DNA of 64,000 bases from an uncultured bacterium (GTDB taxonomy: Bacteria; Omnitrophota; Gorgyraeia; Zapsychrales; Aceulaceae): NCBI GenBank assembly GCA_937930175.1, contig CALGLP010000013.1, positions 203,764-267,763 of the forward strand, read 5' to 3'. Of the stretch, positions 37,942 through 49,893 are shown in pieces. Below the pieces are notes generated by a model. It was not told where the DNA came from, searched no databases, and was given only the letters and a program-made list of their open reading frames with translations. Each line of letters opens with the position of its first letter. The first letter of the stretch is position 1. The position numbers and the translations under genes are program-made.

Positions 37942-38717
37942 AAAAGAAGATCAGCAAAAATCCATTCTTCTTGGCGATCGATATCGGAAATACAACCGCG
38001 TCCTTGGCTGTGTTTAAAGGCAAAATAATTGTTTCGTGCAAATCGATCCCGACGTTGGGCCTCAGCTCATCGCCTAAGGATCTTGTTTCCGTGCTTAAAC
38101 ATTTTAAGAAGCAATATCCTCTCCTTGAGGTTTGTCTTGTTTGCAGTGTTGTGCCAAAAGCTTTAAAAATAGTGACAAGCCTGTTGCGCGTGCACACTCG
38201 ATTAGTGCCTCTTGTTGTTGGGAGGGACATCAAGGTTCCTTTGAAAAGTCGCTACGCAAAAAGCCAGATTGGTCAAGATCGCTTGGTCTGTGCCTATGCT
38301 GCCAAAGAACTTTATGGCGCGCCCTTAATCGTGATTGATTTAGGGACAGCCATGACTTGCGACGTTATTTCTCCTCAAGGCGTGTATGAGGGAGGCGTGA
38401 TCATCCCAGGATTGCGTCTTTCCGCGGAGTCGTTATTTAGCAAAACAGCGCTTTTGCCCAACGTATCGATTGAACGGCCCCAAGAGTTGATCGGTCGCAC
38501 TACCAAGGCGAGTATTTTGAGCGGAATATTTTTTGGTTATGGCGCGCTTTTAGACGGTCTTGTCATGCGCATTGAACAGCAAGAAAAGATGAAGGCGAAG
38601 GTGATTTTAACCGGTGGCCACGCGCGGCTCATGCACGGCTTTATGCAGAAAAAGGTTGATCACGTTAACGCGACGCTTGTTTTTGAAGGCTTAAGGCTTT
38701 TAAGCCGTAGATTCTAA
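37938..38717 (+). CDS. coaX: type III pantothenate kinase
   Basis: FLAIDIGNTTASLAVF and DLGTAMTCD are ASKHA motifs. ATGA overlap. Confidence 0.9.
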   Translation: MKKKISKNPFFLAIDIGNTTASLAVFKGKIIVSCKSIPTLGLSSSPKDLVSVLKHFKKQYPLLEVCLVCSVVPKALKIVTSLLRVHTRLVPLVVGRDIKVPLKSRYAKSQIGQDRLVCAYAAKELYGAPLIVIDLGTAMTCDVISPQGVYEGGVIIPGLRLSAESLFSKTALLPNVSIERPQELIGRTTKASILSGIFFGYGALLDGLVMRIEQQEKMKAKVILTGGHARLMHGFMQKKVDHVNATLVFEGLRLLSRRF

Positions 38718-40114
38718 GAAGAAAGTTGAACGCTTTTTTCTGTCTCCCGCCAATCCTTCATGTACCACGACTTATCCGCATGCTTTAGAAAATAGGGCAG
38801 GTCTCCTAAGATAAAAACAAAAGAAACGATGAGGAAAAGGATGACTTTTAATGCCTTTTTCTTAACGGCGAGCATGAAAGACGCAAAGAGAAAGACGATG
38901 GGGGTGATCACAGGAAAAAGATAGCGTCCTTGTAAATTTGCCTCTACGTAGCCGGAGTTTAGATAAAATATCTTGTAGCTGACGTGATAAAATAGCACCC
39001 AGCCGTAAAGTAGCACGCTAAGGATGCTGTAATTAATCCAAGGGTCTTGAAAGCGAAAATGTCTTAGGAAAAATAGGAGAAAGACAAGTAAAAGGATGTT
39101 GTAGGCGAGCAAATCCTTTGATGTTTTGAGCATCACCTTGTGGCCAAAAATTCCCAGAATAGTTTTTTCGATCCTCTTAATCCAGGGGCCAACATACCCA
39201 TGCATTTTTAAGAAGCTCGCCGGAGGGATCTTCTTGGCGCGATCACCTAACATTGTATCAATGTGAAAATTTTTCTTTTGCATGCATTGCTCAAAAGGCA
39301 GAACTTGATCGCAGCGAGGAAGGATGCGTTGGTAGCGAACGATATTCATAAGATAGAAACTAGCGTTTAAATAAAGTAAACCCGCGATGAGCGCAAGGGC
39401 TGCGCCATTCTTTGGGGTGAGTTTCCATTTCTTGGGGCTGAGGAGATCCGAATATTGTTTTTTATTTTTTATCCAATCGAGCACGCCAATAAGCATAAAA
39501 ATGATGAGAAGGAGCAAAAAAGGAAATTTGGTTAATGTTCCCAGAAGAGAAGTGATGATCAGCGCAAAGAGATCTTTAGCTTTGTGTGTCTTGAGAAATT
39601 TAAAAAGAAAATAAAAGGATGAGGCCGCAAGCAGACCTAAGAGATTGTCGTAGGTCACAAAGGCTCCCAGGAAAGAATACATCGGGATATTGGTAAGGAC
39701 AATGACTCCAAGCAGGCTGATGAGCTTGTCGTTGGTAAGAAGCCGGAAAAGTCTGAAGCTGATCATCAGGGTTAAGATGCTCATGAGAACATGAAGGAGG
39801 CGTAAAAATAGTAAGGTAGGCAAGGAAAAGAAATTAAAAAAGAGCAGTTTTCCCATGAGCCAAAAGTAGAGATTTGGTCTGTGCGTAACGAGGTCAATCT
39901 CTGCTGTTGCCCGGGATTCAGGAAGACTAAAGCCGTCGTATTGGGAGTACAGCACGATGAGTTTTGTGTGATCAGTTTCGTCGGGTGCGATCCCTGGGGC
40001 AATGCTTGTGGCAAAGAAGAAAAGCCTGAGGGCAAAATAAAACACGACAATGCAAAAGAGGATCGCGTCCCCATGAGGGAGTTTTTGCTCAAGCCATTTT
40101 TCAATTTGCTCCAT
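38714..40114 (-). CDS. polytopic membrane protein, ArnT/PMT-like (GT39/GT83) glycosyltransferase candidate
   Basis: 466 aa, more than 10 TM helices, and a conserved DE motif (APDETDH) in the first periplasmic loop typical of GT-C enzymes. Confidence 0.5.
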   Translation of the reverse strand: MEQIEKWLEQKLPHGDAILFCIVVFYFALRLFFFATSIAPGIAPDETDHTKLIVLYSQYDGFSLPESRATAEIDLVTHRPNLYFWLMGKLLFFNFFSLPTLLFLRLLHVLMSILTLMISFRLFRLLTNDKLISLLGVIVLTNIPMYSFLGAFVTYDNLLGLLAASSFYFLFKFLKTHKAKDLFALIITSLLGTLTKFPFLLLLIIFMLIGVLDWIKNKKQYSDLLSPKKWKLTPKNGAALALIAGLLYLNASFYLMNIVRYQRILPRCDQVLPFEQCMQKKNFHIDTMLGDRAKKIPPASFLKMHGYVGPWIKRIEKTILGIFGHKVMLKTSKDLLAYNILLLVFLLFFLRHFRFQDPWINYSILSVLLYGWVLFYHVSYKIFYLNSGYVEANLQGRYLFPVITPIVFLFASFMLAVKKKALKVILFLIVSFVFILGDLPYFLKHADKSWYMKDWRETEKSVQLSS

Positions 40115-40182
40115 GATGCTTATTATGGAGAAGCCATTTTTTTTGTCAAGGATGAATCAGTCAAGTTTATCAAAATTTTTTC

Positions 40183-40210
40183 TTGACAAAAAATCTCTTT
40201 TTGGTATATT
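40183..40210 (+). promoter_or_regulatory. sigma70 promoter of groES-groEL
   Basis: TTGACA-16 nt-TATATT. Confidence 0.7.
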
Positions 40211-40236
40211 TAGCACTCGTAAATCAAGAGTGCCAA
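40210..40236 (+). promoter_or_regulatory. CIRCE operator (HrcA binding site)
   Basis: TTAGCACTC-N9-GAGTGCCAA is a near-perfect match to the CIRCE consensus TTAGCACTC-N9-GAGTGCTAA. It overlaps the -10 and transcript start. Confidence 0.85.
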
Positions 40237-40298
40237 TTATTTTTTGGAACTAATTTAACAACAAAACTCAAACTAACATACATCAAGGAGGTGTAGGG

Positions 40299-40607
40299 AT
40301 GAATATTCAACCATTAGGCGACCGCATTATTGTAAGGCCTTTGGAAGCCGAGGAAAAGACCAAGGGCGGCATTATCCTTCCGGATACAGCCAAAGAAAAG
40401 CCTCAAGAGGGCGAAGTCTTGGCTGTTGGCAAGGGTAAAGTTCTTGAGAATGGAAGCCTTCAGGCTCCAGAAGTTAAAAAAGGGGATCGTGTTTTGTACG
40501 GTAAGTATAGCGGGACCGAGATCAAGACTAAAGAGGGTGATGATCTTTTGATTATGCGTGAAGAAGATGTGCTTGCAATTATTACTGTTGAAAAAGGCAA
40601 AAAGTAA
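40299..40607 (+). CDS. groES: co-chaperonin GroES
   Basis: 102 aa, [14 protein letters not shown]. Confidence 0.95.
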   Translation: MNIQPLGDRIIVRPLEAEEKTKGGIILPDTAKEKPQEGEVLAVGKGKVLENGSLQAPEVKKGDRVLYGKYSGTEIKTKEGDDLLIMREEDVLAIITVEKGKK

Positions 40608-40709
40608 TCGTAATCAATGGCTCAAACTTTTTTGCTAAGTCGCAGAAAAATTTGAGTATCCGCCAAGGGCGGACCCGCCTCAGGCGGGAATTCAAACTCG
40701 CACGACTGA

Positions 40710-42404
<1,695 letters not shown>

Positions 42405-42420
42405 GCGAAAATGATCAATG

Positions 42421-42440
42421 ACCAAGATACAATGACCAAA
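42421..42440. repeat. left copy of a 20-bp perfect inverted repeat (ACCAAGATACAATGACCAAA)
   Basis: Exact reverse complement of 45971..45990. Embedded in AT-rich, TTGGT-rich non-coding DNA. Confidence 0.6.
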
Positions 42441-42599
42441 CAATGATTAAAAAACAAACCATAATAAAGAAATAAAAAATCATAGGAAATCTGGTTGTTG
42501 GTTATTGGCATCTGAAATTTGTTTGTATTTTGTTTTTTGGGTATTGGTTATTTGAAAAGAAGGTGATTTTTGATAAATACCTAGTATTCGAAGCTAACA

Positions 42600-42640
42600 G
42601 GGCAAGGGTCGCGTTGCGACCCTTGCCCGTTCTCGTTTAT
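42600..42640 (+). terminator. rho-independent terminator downstream of groEL
   Basis: Perfect 13-bp stem GGGCAAGGGTCGC/GCGACCCTTGCCC with a GTT loop, followed by TTCTCGTTTATT. Confidence 0.6.
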
Positions 42641-42701
42641 TGAAGGAATTGTCTTACCAAAATCACTAAAATCATAAAGAACGTTATGAAGGAGTAGCAA
42701 C

Positions 42702-42983
42702 GTGGTTACAGTTAATGAGTATTTTGAAGGCAAAGTCAAGTCGCTCGTCGTTCATTCTGCTGAAGGCAAAAAGACCGTAGGCGTCATACAAGCCGGTGAG
42801 TATGAATTTAATACCGATGGCAAAGAAACCATGACGGTTGTTGTGGGCATGATGTCCGTTTATCTTCCTGAATATAATGAATGGGAAGATTTTGGTGCAG
42901 GATCGTCGTTTAGCGTTCCTGAGAAATCAAAATTCAAGGTTAAGGTCACCGAAGACGCCGCCTATCTTTGTGAATACAAATAA
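42702..42983 (+). CDS. ppnP: pyrimidine/purine nucleoside phosphorylase PpnP (DUF1255 cupin)
   Basis: 93 aa, VNEYFEGKVKS N-terminus typical of the YaiE/PpnP family. GTG start after a GAAGGAG SD. Confidence 0.7.
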   Translation: MVTVNEYFEGKVKSLVVHSAEGKKTVGVIQAGEYEFNTDGKETMTVVVGMMSVYLPEYNEWEDFGAGSSFSVPEKSKFKVKVTEDAAYLCEYK

Positions 42984-43022
42984 TTTGCTAAAGATTTAAG
43001 CTTAAGGAATATGTCTCTGTAG

Positions 43023-43066
43023 GGCAAGCCCACCATTAAACCAATGGCGGGCTTGCCCTTTTTTAT
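43023..43066 (+). terminator. rho-independent terminator downstream of ppnP
   Basis: 16-bp stem GGGCAAGCCCACCATT/AATGGCGGGCTTGCCC with one mismatch, then TTTTTT. Confidence 0.65.
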
Positions 43067-43069
43067 CAT

Positions 43070-43098
43070 TGACTTTTGGTCTATATATAAGTATATTG
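43070..43098 (+). promoter_or_regulatory. candidate sigma70 promoter of guaB-guaA
   Basis: TTGACT-17 nt-TATATT. Confidence 0.4.
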
Positions 43099-43155
43099 TA
43101 GTATTCATATTTTTCCCATTTTTATACTCAATTTTATTAATTTGGAGGGTTTTTC

Positions 43156-44316
43156 ATGGCAGAATGGATAGGAATTGAACGCAGAGCAAGACGATGTTAT
43201 GGTTTTGACGAAGTAGCCTTAGTTCCAGGGCGTCAAACAGTCAATCCAAATGAAGTAGATACCAGTTGGTCTTTAGGTAAGCTCAAGTTTAAGATCCCCA
43301 TCTTGGCCGCAGCTATGGATGGGGTCGTGAGTGTTGATTTTGCGGTCGCCATGGGAAAATTAGGTGGGATCGCGGTGTTAAACCTCGACGGTGTTCAAAC
43401 CCGTTACGAAAATCCTGATGAAATTCTTGATCAGATCGCCAAAGCGAGCCCTGAAGAAGCCACCAAATTGCTCCAAGACCTGTATCTTCCTCCAATCCAA
43501 GAAAAGTTGATTAGTAAAAGAATTGAAGAAATTAAAAAAGCCAAGGTTCCTGCCTTTGCAAGTTGCATTCCGCAAAACGCTAAACGCTTTGGCGCTCTGG
43601 CGCAAGAAGCAGGATGCGATGTTTTTATTGTTCAATCCACGGTCGCAACGGTCAAACACGTTTCCACAGAATATAAAGTCCTCGATATTCATGATTTTTG
43701 TAAAGAGATGAAGACCCCTGTTGTTCTTGGAAATTCGGTGACTTATGACATGGCCCTTGAATTGATGGAACAGGGCATTGCGGGACTTTTAGTTGGCGTT
43801 GGACCGGGAGCCGCCTGTACTACGCGTGGCGTTTTAGGGATCGGCGTTCCTCAGGTTACAGCAACGGTTGATTCTGCGGCGGCGAGAGATCATTTTTATA
43901 AACGTAATGGACAGTATATTCCGATCATTACCGATGGCGGGATGCGCATTGGTGGAGAAATTTGCAAGGCCTTTGCATCGGGCGCTGATGCGGTCATGGT
44001 GGGATCTGCGTTTGCCAAGGCGGAAGAAGCCCCGGGACGTGGGTATCATTGGGGGATGGCGACATCCAATGCCAATTTGCCGCGAGGTACGCGTGTGAAA
44101 GTAGGAACCACAGGGACGCTACGTCAAATTCTTTTAGGCCCAGCGAAGGTTGATGATGGATCGCAAAATCTCGTGGGAGCTCTTAAAACATCCATGGGAT
44201 CTTTAGGCGCGTCCACAATTCCTGAAATGCACGATGTGGAAATGATTATTGCTCCTTCGATTCAGACAGAAGGAAAAGTTTTTCAAATTGGCCAACGTAT
44301 TGGCATGGGTAAATAA
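43156..44316 (+). CDS. guaB: IMP dehydrogenase family protein lacking the CBS subdomain
   Basis: 386 aa TIM barrel with catalytic loop [20 protein letters not shown]. No CBS pair insertion. Followed by guaA. Confidence 0.8.
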   Translation: MAEWIGIERRARRCYGFDEVALVPGRQTVNPNEVDTSWSLGKLKFKIPILAAAMDGVVSVDFAVAMGKLGGIAVLNLDGVQTRYENPDEILDQIAKASPEEATKLLQDLYLPPIQEKLISKRIEEIKKAKVPAFASCIPQNAKRFGALAQEAGCDVFIVQSTVATVKHVSTEYKVLDIHDFCKEMKTPVVLGNSVTYDMALELMEQGIAGLLVGVGPGAACTTRGVLGIGVPQVTATVDSAAARDHFYKRNGQYIPIITDGGMRIGGEICKAFASGADAVMVGSAFAKAEEAPGRGYHWGMATSNANLPRGTRVKVGTTGTLRQILLGPAKVDDGSQNLVGALKTSMGSLGASTIPEMHDVEMIIAPSIQTEGKVFQIGQRIGMGK

Positions 44317-44336
44317 TTAAAAAAGGTGGAAAACAC

Positions 44337-45881
44337 ATGAGAAGTAAGGATATTATCCTCGTTTTAGATTTCGGGTCTCAGTATACACAGCTTATTGCGC
44401 GTAGGGTTCGCGAGAGCAAAGTATTTAGTAAGATTGTTCCTTATAATATTCCGATGGACGAAATTATCAAAATGAATCCTAAGGGTCTGATTCTCTCTGG
44501 CGGGCCTTTGAGCGTTTACGATAAAGGAGCCCCTTTACCACACAAAGATATCTTTAAGCTAAAAGTTCCTATTCTTGGCATTTGCTATGGTGCTCAGTTG
44601 ATCACCCATATGTTTGGGGGAAAGGTTGATAAGACCCAAGAGCGAGAATACGGTCGCGCGGAACTTTTTATTGATAGCCCTAAAGATATTTTCTTTAATC
44701 TTCCTAGCAATATTACCTCATGGATGAGCCATGGCGATGAAATTAAAAAGTTGCCTCCAGGATTTCGATCAATTGCCCACACGCTTTCAACACCTAACGC
44801 TGCGATTGCTCATCCGCAAAAGAAAGTATTTGGCGTGCAATTTCATCCTGAAGTTGTGCACACCCAGAGGGGAACACAGATCATCACGAACTTTGTTTTT
44901 CAATCGTGCGGGTGTTTAGCGCGTTGGACCATGGATAAATTTATTAAAGAAAAAGTCAAAGAACTCAAAGAAGTAATCAAAGATAAAAAGGTTGTCATGG
45001 GCTTAAGCGGCGGCGTTGATTCATCGGTTGCGGCGGTCCTGCTTAATCAAGCCATTGGAAAGAATCTTCATTGTATTTTTGTGGATAATGGCTTACTGCG
45101 TAAAAATGAAGCCTTGGCCGTGGAGCGAACCTTCAAGGCACATTTTAAGATCAGCCTTGTTTGCGTGGATGCCCAGAAACGTTTTCTTCAGCGTCTCAAG
45201 AATGTGACCGATCCTGAGCAAAAAAGGAAAATTATTGGTGATGAGTTTGTCAAAGTCTTTCAAGAAGCCGCAAGCCGTAGCAAGGGCTTTGAATTTTTAG
45301 GACAGGGGACCCTGTATCCTGATGTCATTGAATCTGTTTCGCCTACAGGCGGACCTTCGGCAACGATTAAGAGCCATCACAATGTCGGCGGGCTTCCTAA
45401 GACCATGAAATTGAAGCTTGTGGAACCTTTTCGTGAACTTTTTAAAGATGAGGTGCGTCAAATTGGCAAGCATTTAGGTGTTCCAGATACGGTGATCAAG
45501 CGCCAACCTTTCCCTGGTCCAGGGCTTGCGATTCGTATTATTGGCGAAGTCACGCAGGAGCGTTTAGATATTTTGCGTGAAGTCGATGAGCGCGTCTTGG
45601 AAGAAATCCGCAAGGCCGGCCTTTATGATCAAGTCTGGCAGTCATTTGCCGTGCTTCTTCCGATCAAGTCCGTTGGTGTGATGGGGGATCAGCGGACGTA
45701 TGAAAATGTTGTGGCGATCCGTTGCGTGAATAGTGTTGATGGTATGACCGCGGATTGGGTGGCTCTTCCGCATGATCTTTTGGGAAAAATGTCGAATCGT
45801 ATTATCAATGAAGTTCCTGGTGTTAATCGTGTTGTGTATGATGTGAGCTCAAAGCCTCCGGCCACGATCGAGTGGGAATAA
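44337..45881 (+). CDS. guaA: GMP synthase (glutamine-hydrolysing)
   Basis: 514 aa. GATase domain (ICYGAQL, catalytic Cys) and an ATP-PPase domain with SGGVDSSV. Confidence 0.95.
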   Translation: MRSKDIILVLDFGSQYTQLIARRVRESKVFSKIVPYNIPMDEIIKMNPKGLILSGGPLSVYDKGAPLPHKDIFKLKVPILGICYGAQLITHMFGGKVDKTQEREYGRAELFIDSPKDIFFNLPSNITSWMSHGDEIKKLPPGFRSIAHTLSTPNAAIAHPQKKVFGVQFHPEVVHTQRGTQIITNFVFQSCGCLARWTMDKFIKEKVKELKEVIKDKKVVMGLSGGVDSSVAAVLLNQAIGKNLHCIFVDNGLLRKNEALAVERTFKAHFKISLVCVDAQKRFLQRLKNVTDPEQKRKIIGDEFVKVFQEAASRSKGFEFLGQGTLYPDVIESVSPTGGPSATIKSHHNVGGLPKTMKLKLVEPFRELFKDEVRQIGKHLGVPDTVIKRQPFPGPGLAIRIIGEVTQERLDILREVDERVLEEIRKAGLYDQVWQSFAVLLPIKSVGVMGDQRTYENVVAIRCVNSVDGMTADWVALPHDLLGKMSNRIINEVPGVNRVVYDVSSKPPATIEWE

Positions 45882-45970
45882 AATATCTTATCGTTTATTA
45901 ATTATATTTCGTTTTTAGCATTTAGTTATTAGTTTTTGTTTGATTATTGCTTTTTGATGTTTGGTCATTC

Positions 45971-45990
45971 TTTGGTCATTGTATCTTGGT
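45971..45990. repeat. right copy of the 20-bp perfect inverted repeat (TTTGGTCATTGTATCTTGGT)
   Basis: Exact reverse complement of 42421..42440. Adjacent degenerate copies of TTGGTCATT. Confidence 0.6.
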
Positions 45991-46042
45991 TTTTTTGGTG
46001 ATTTTACTTATAAGCCGTGGAGCGAAATCCTTGGCCTAAACA

Positions 46043-49000
46043 ATGTATCATACCGATTTTGTCCATCTCCATGTCCACACGCAGTACAGTCTTCTTGACG
46101 GCGCTTGCCGTATCCCCGAGCTTCTTGCCAAAGCTGTTGAATATCGTATGCCGGCGCTGGCTATTGCGGATCATGGTAATATTTTTGGCGCAATTGAATT
46201 TTATGAAGCCGCGGTACGTGCGGGGGTAAAGCCCATCATCGGGTGTGAATGCTATGTTGCTCCAGGTAGCCGTTTTGATAAATCTCCCACCCAGGGACGA
46301 AAAGGCATGTCTCATCTTGTTCTTTTTGCCAAAGATGAAGCAGGGTACCGCAATCTCCTTAAGCTCATTTCCTTAGCGAATATCGAAGGTTTTTATTATA
46401 AGCCGCGCATGGATAAGGAATCGTTGTCAAAATACGCGCAAGGATTGATCGCGACTTCCGCGTGCCTCAAAGGGGAGGTGGCCTGGACGCTGCGTAACGA
46501 AGGATACAACAACGCGCTCAAAGTTGCCGATGATCTTGAGCAAATCTTTGGCAAAGGAAACTTTTATCTTGAGCTCATGGAAAATGGTATCCCAGAGCAA
46601 AAACAAGTCAATGAAGGCTTGATTAAAATTGGCAATGAGCTTAAGATCCCTCTGATTGCCACCAACGATGTCCATTATCTTGAGCGTGCGCACGCCTCAG
46701 CGCATGAGGCTCTCCTGTGCGTCCAGACGCAAACCACCCTCGACGATCCCAATCGCATGCGTATGACGACGGATGAATTTTATTTTAAAAGTCCTGAGGA
46801 AATGAAAAAGGCTTTTGCGCATATTCCCGAAGCGATTACTAATACCTTGGAGATCGCGGAGAAATGCAACCTTGAGTTTGATTTTAAGAAAATCCATCTT
46901 CCTCGCTATGACCCTCCCTCCGGAGAGACCAAGGAAGCCTTTCTTCTTCACCTTTGCCAAGAAGGTTTGAAGCGACGCTCCCTTCAAGAAACCCCTGAAG
47001 TTGAGGAACGCCTTACCCACGAAATTGCCATTATCAAAAAAATGGGATTTGTTAGTTATTTTTTAATTGTCTGGGATTTTATTCATTTTGCCAAACAAAA
47101 TGGTATCCCGGTTGGTCCAGGACGCGGCTCTGCGGCTGGAAGCTTGGTCAGCTATCTTCTTGGTATTACCGACCTTGATCCCTTGCGCTACGGCCTTCTG
47201 TTTGAACGCTTTCTTAATCCGGAACGCTTAGGGATGCCAGATATTGACATTGATTTTTGTTATGAGCGCCGTCCTGAGGTGATCAATTATGTCACCAATA
47301 AATATGGCAAAGATAGCGTGGCGCAGATCATTACCTTTGGAACCATGCAGGCGCGGGCCGCGATTCGTGATGTTGGCCGCGTGATGAGCATGCCCTATGC
47401 GGATGTGGATAAAATTGCCAAACTCGTTCCCGCGGAACTTGGTATTAAAATTGATGATGCCCTGAAGCAAGAACCGCAATTGCGCGAACTCTATACCCAA
47501 AATGAACAAGTCACGAAATTGATCGAGACCGCTAAGGTTTTGGAAGGGCTCAACCGTCATGCCTCGGTGCACGCCGCGGGTGTTGTGATTTCGGATAAGC
47601 CATTAACGGAACATGTCCCGCTCTTTAAAACAAGCGATGATCAGATCACGACGGGTTATGACATGAAGGGGATTGCTAAGATTGGTCTTTTGAAAATGGA
47701 TTTCTTAGGGTTAAAGACGCTGACCGTCATTGACAAAACAATCAAGCTTGTCAAGGCCATCAAAGGCATTGATGTGGATATTGAGAAAATACCGATTGAC
47801 GATCAAAAGACGTACGACCTTTTAGGCCAGGCGAATAGTTTTGGGATCTTTCAGCTGGAAAGTTCAGGGATGCGCGATCTCTTAAAGCGTATTAAGCCAA
47901 GCCATTTAGAAGATCTTATTTCGATCTTGGCGCTTTATCGTCCAGGTCCTATTGGCAGCGGTATGCTTGAGGATTATATCCGGCGTAAACGTGAAGGCCA
48001 GCAAATTCGTTATGAACATCCCAAGCTTGAACCGATCCTCAAAGAAACCTATGGGATCATTATTTTTCAAGAGCAGGTCATGATGATCGCCAGCCATCTT
48101 GCGGGTTTTACCATGGCTCAGGCCGATGGCTTACGCAGTGCGATGAGTAAAAAGAAGCCAGAGGTTATGGATCGGATGCGCGCGGATTTTGTGGGTGGGT
48201 GTCATAAGGCCTCGGCCATTAAAGAAGGGTTGGCCAACCGCATCTTTGATTTGATTGATTATTTTGCAGGCTATGGGTTTAATCGCAGTCATTCCGCGGC
48301 CTATGCCCTTATTTCGTATCGCACCGCGTACCTGAAGGCTAATTTTCCAACAGAGTTTATGTGTGCGCTGCTCACCAGTGAAAAAGATAACACCGATAAG
48401 ATCGTCGAATACGTGAAAGAATCGCAAGCCATGGGTATCCAGATCTTGCCTCCAGATCTTAATGCGAGCAGGCTTGAGTTTAGTTTTGATGGAGAGCGCG
48501 TGATCCGTTTTGGGCTCATTGCGGTTAAGAATATTGGGGCTGCGGCGATTGAATCCATTCTCGAAAAAAGAGCTGAGGGGCCTTTTCTAAATATTTTTGA
48601 TTTTTGCAAGCGCGTTGATTTAAGAACGGTTAATCACAAAGTCATTGAAAGCTTGATCCGTTGCGGGGCCATGGATGCCTTTGGGTGCCGCCGCTCGCAG
48701 TTAATGGAGGCCTTAGGCCAAGCCTTGGAAGCTGGCGCGCGAGTGCAGAAAGAGCGCAGCGTCGGGCAATTTTCTTTCTTTGATATGCTGGGAAGTAATG
48801 GCTTTGAAAAGGAAACAGAAAGTTATGCGGATGTTGAAGAGTGGCCTAAGATGAAGGTCTTGGCCGATGAAAAGGCGCTCTTGGGATTTTATATTACCGG
48901 ACACCCGCTGACACATTACCAGATGGAAATTAAGGAATTTACGGATTATTCAACGAGTGATCTCATCAAGGCCAGTGAGAATCAGGAAGTGAAGCTGATT

Positions 49001-49477
49001 GGCTTGATCACACAGGTTAAGCTGACAAATACGCGCCGCACCGGAGAGCGCATGGCGATCCTGAAATTTGAAGACATTGAAGGAGAGATCGAGGTGGTTG
49101 TTTTTCCGTCGACTTATCCAGAGGTTGCTTCCTACTTAAAAGACGGGGCTGTGGTCGCCTTGCGGGGACGCGTCAGTTTGCGTGAAGAGCAGCCCAAGAT
49201 TATTGCCGGCGAAATAAAAAGCCTTCAGGAAACCTACCAGCTGATTAAGAGTATTGATATTGATTTATCTGGGGTGAGCGAAGAAGGCCTTGAAACTCTT
49301 AAAGAGCGGCTTTCACGCTTTCCAGGCAAGATTCCCGTGTTTCTGCATCTCAACACCAATGCCCATAAAAGTGTACAGATTTTAGTTGGTGATGGCTTTT
49401 TTGTCCAGCCGAGTGAGATGTTGATTGATAATTTGAAAGAATTGTTAGGGGAAAATAAGATTTCGCTCAAGCTCTAA
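46043..49477 (+). CDS. dnaE: DNA polymerase III alpha subunit
   Basis: 1144 aa with a PHP domain (HLHVHTQYSLLDG), polymerase core and OB fold. Confidence 0.97.
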   Translation: MYHTDFVHLHVHTQYSLLDGACRIPELLAKAVEYRMPALAIADHGNIFGAIEFYEAAVRAGVKPIIGCECYVAPGSRFDKSPTQGRKGMSHLVLFAKDEAGYRNLLKLISLANIEGFYYKPRMDKESLSKYAQGLIATSACLKGEVAWTLRNEGYNNALKVADDLEQIFGKGNFYLELMENGIPEQKQVNEGLIKIGNELKIPLIATNDVHYLERAHASAHEALLCVQTQTTLDDPNRMRMTTDEFYFKSPEEMKKAFAHIPEAITNTLEIAEKCNLEFDFKKIHLPRYDPPSGETKEAFLLHLCQEGLKRRSLQETPEVEERLTHEIAIIKKMGFVSYFLIVWDFIHFAKQNGIPVGPGRGSAAGSLVSYLLGITDLDPLRYGLLFERFLNPERLGMPDIDIDFCYERRPEVINYVTNKYGKDSVAQIITFGTMQARAAIRDVGRVMSMPYADVDKIAKLVPAELGIKIDDALKQEPQLRELYTQNEQVTKLIETAKVLEGLNRHASVHAAGVVISDKPLTEHVPLFKTSDDQITTGYDMKGIAKIGLLKMDFLGLKTLTVIDKTIKLVKAIKGIDVDIEKIPIDDQKTYDLLGQANSFGIFQLESSGMRDLLKRIKPSHLEDLISILALYRPGPIGSGMLEDYIRRKREGQQIRYEHPKLEPILKETYGIIIFQEQVMMIASHLAGFTMAQADGLRSAMSKKKPEVMDRMRADFVGGCHKASAIKEGLANRIFDLIDYFAGYGFNRSHSAAYALISYRTAYLKANFPTEFMCALLTSEKDNTDKIVEYVKESQAMGIQILPPDLNASRLEFSFDGERVIRFGLIAVKNIGAAAIESILEKRAEGPFLNIFDFCKRVDLRTVNHKVIESLIRCGAMDAFGCRRSQLMEALGQALEAGARVQKERSVGQFSFFDMLGSNGFEKETESYADVEEWPKMKVLADEKALLGFYITGHPLTHYQMEIKEFTDYSTSDLIKASENQEVKLIGLITQVKLTNTRRTGERMAILKFEDIEGEIEVVVFPSTYPEVASYLKDGAVVALRGRVSLREEQPKIIAGEIKSLQETYQLIKSIDIDLSGVSEEGLETLKERLSRFPGKIPVFLHLNTNAHKSVQILVGDGFFVQPSEMLIDNLKELLGENKISLKL

Positions 49478-49537
49478 GTTTAACTTGACACCATAACTTC
49501 TTGTTGATACTATGTTTACAACATAGAGGGTAAATCA

Positions 49538-49810
49538 ATGACCAAAAAAGATATTGTCTTAAAGATCACAGATATGACCGGCATTAAGCAGGTGGATGTC
49601 AAAAAGGTTGTTCAAAAGACCTTTGATGCGATTATTGACAGTCTCATCCGCTCTGAGAAGGTTGAGCTTCGTAATTTTGGGGTCTTTAAGGTAAAAGAAC
49701 GCAAAGCGCGATTTGGACGCAATCCTCGTACAGGCGAAGGCGTCCCAGTTCCTCCTCGCAAAGTTGTTGTTTTCAAGTCAGGTTTGGAAATGAAGATGAG
49801 GATCAAGTAG
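49538..49810 (+). CDS. hup: HU/IHF-family DNA-binding protein
   Basis: 90 aa with RNFGVFKVKERKARFGRNPRTGE, the DNA-binding arm. Confidence 0.9.
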   Translation: MTKKDIVLKITDMTGIKQVDVKKVVQKTFDAIIDSLIRSEKVELRNFGVFKVKERKARFGRNPRTGEGVPVPPRKVVVFKSGLEMKMRIK

Positions 49811-49846
49811 CGTTTCAAGTCGTTTAAATATTATGAAGGAAAGAAT

Positions 49847-49871
49847 AAGGGCGGAGTGAAACTCCGCCCTT
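49847..49871 (+). terminator. hairpin downstream of hup (weak terminator candidate)
   Basis: AAGGGCGGAG-tgaaa-CTCCGCCCTT, a 10-bp stem. The downstream U-tract is poor. Confidence 0.35.
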
Positions 49872-49893
49872 ATCCCTATAAAAAGAGAACATC

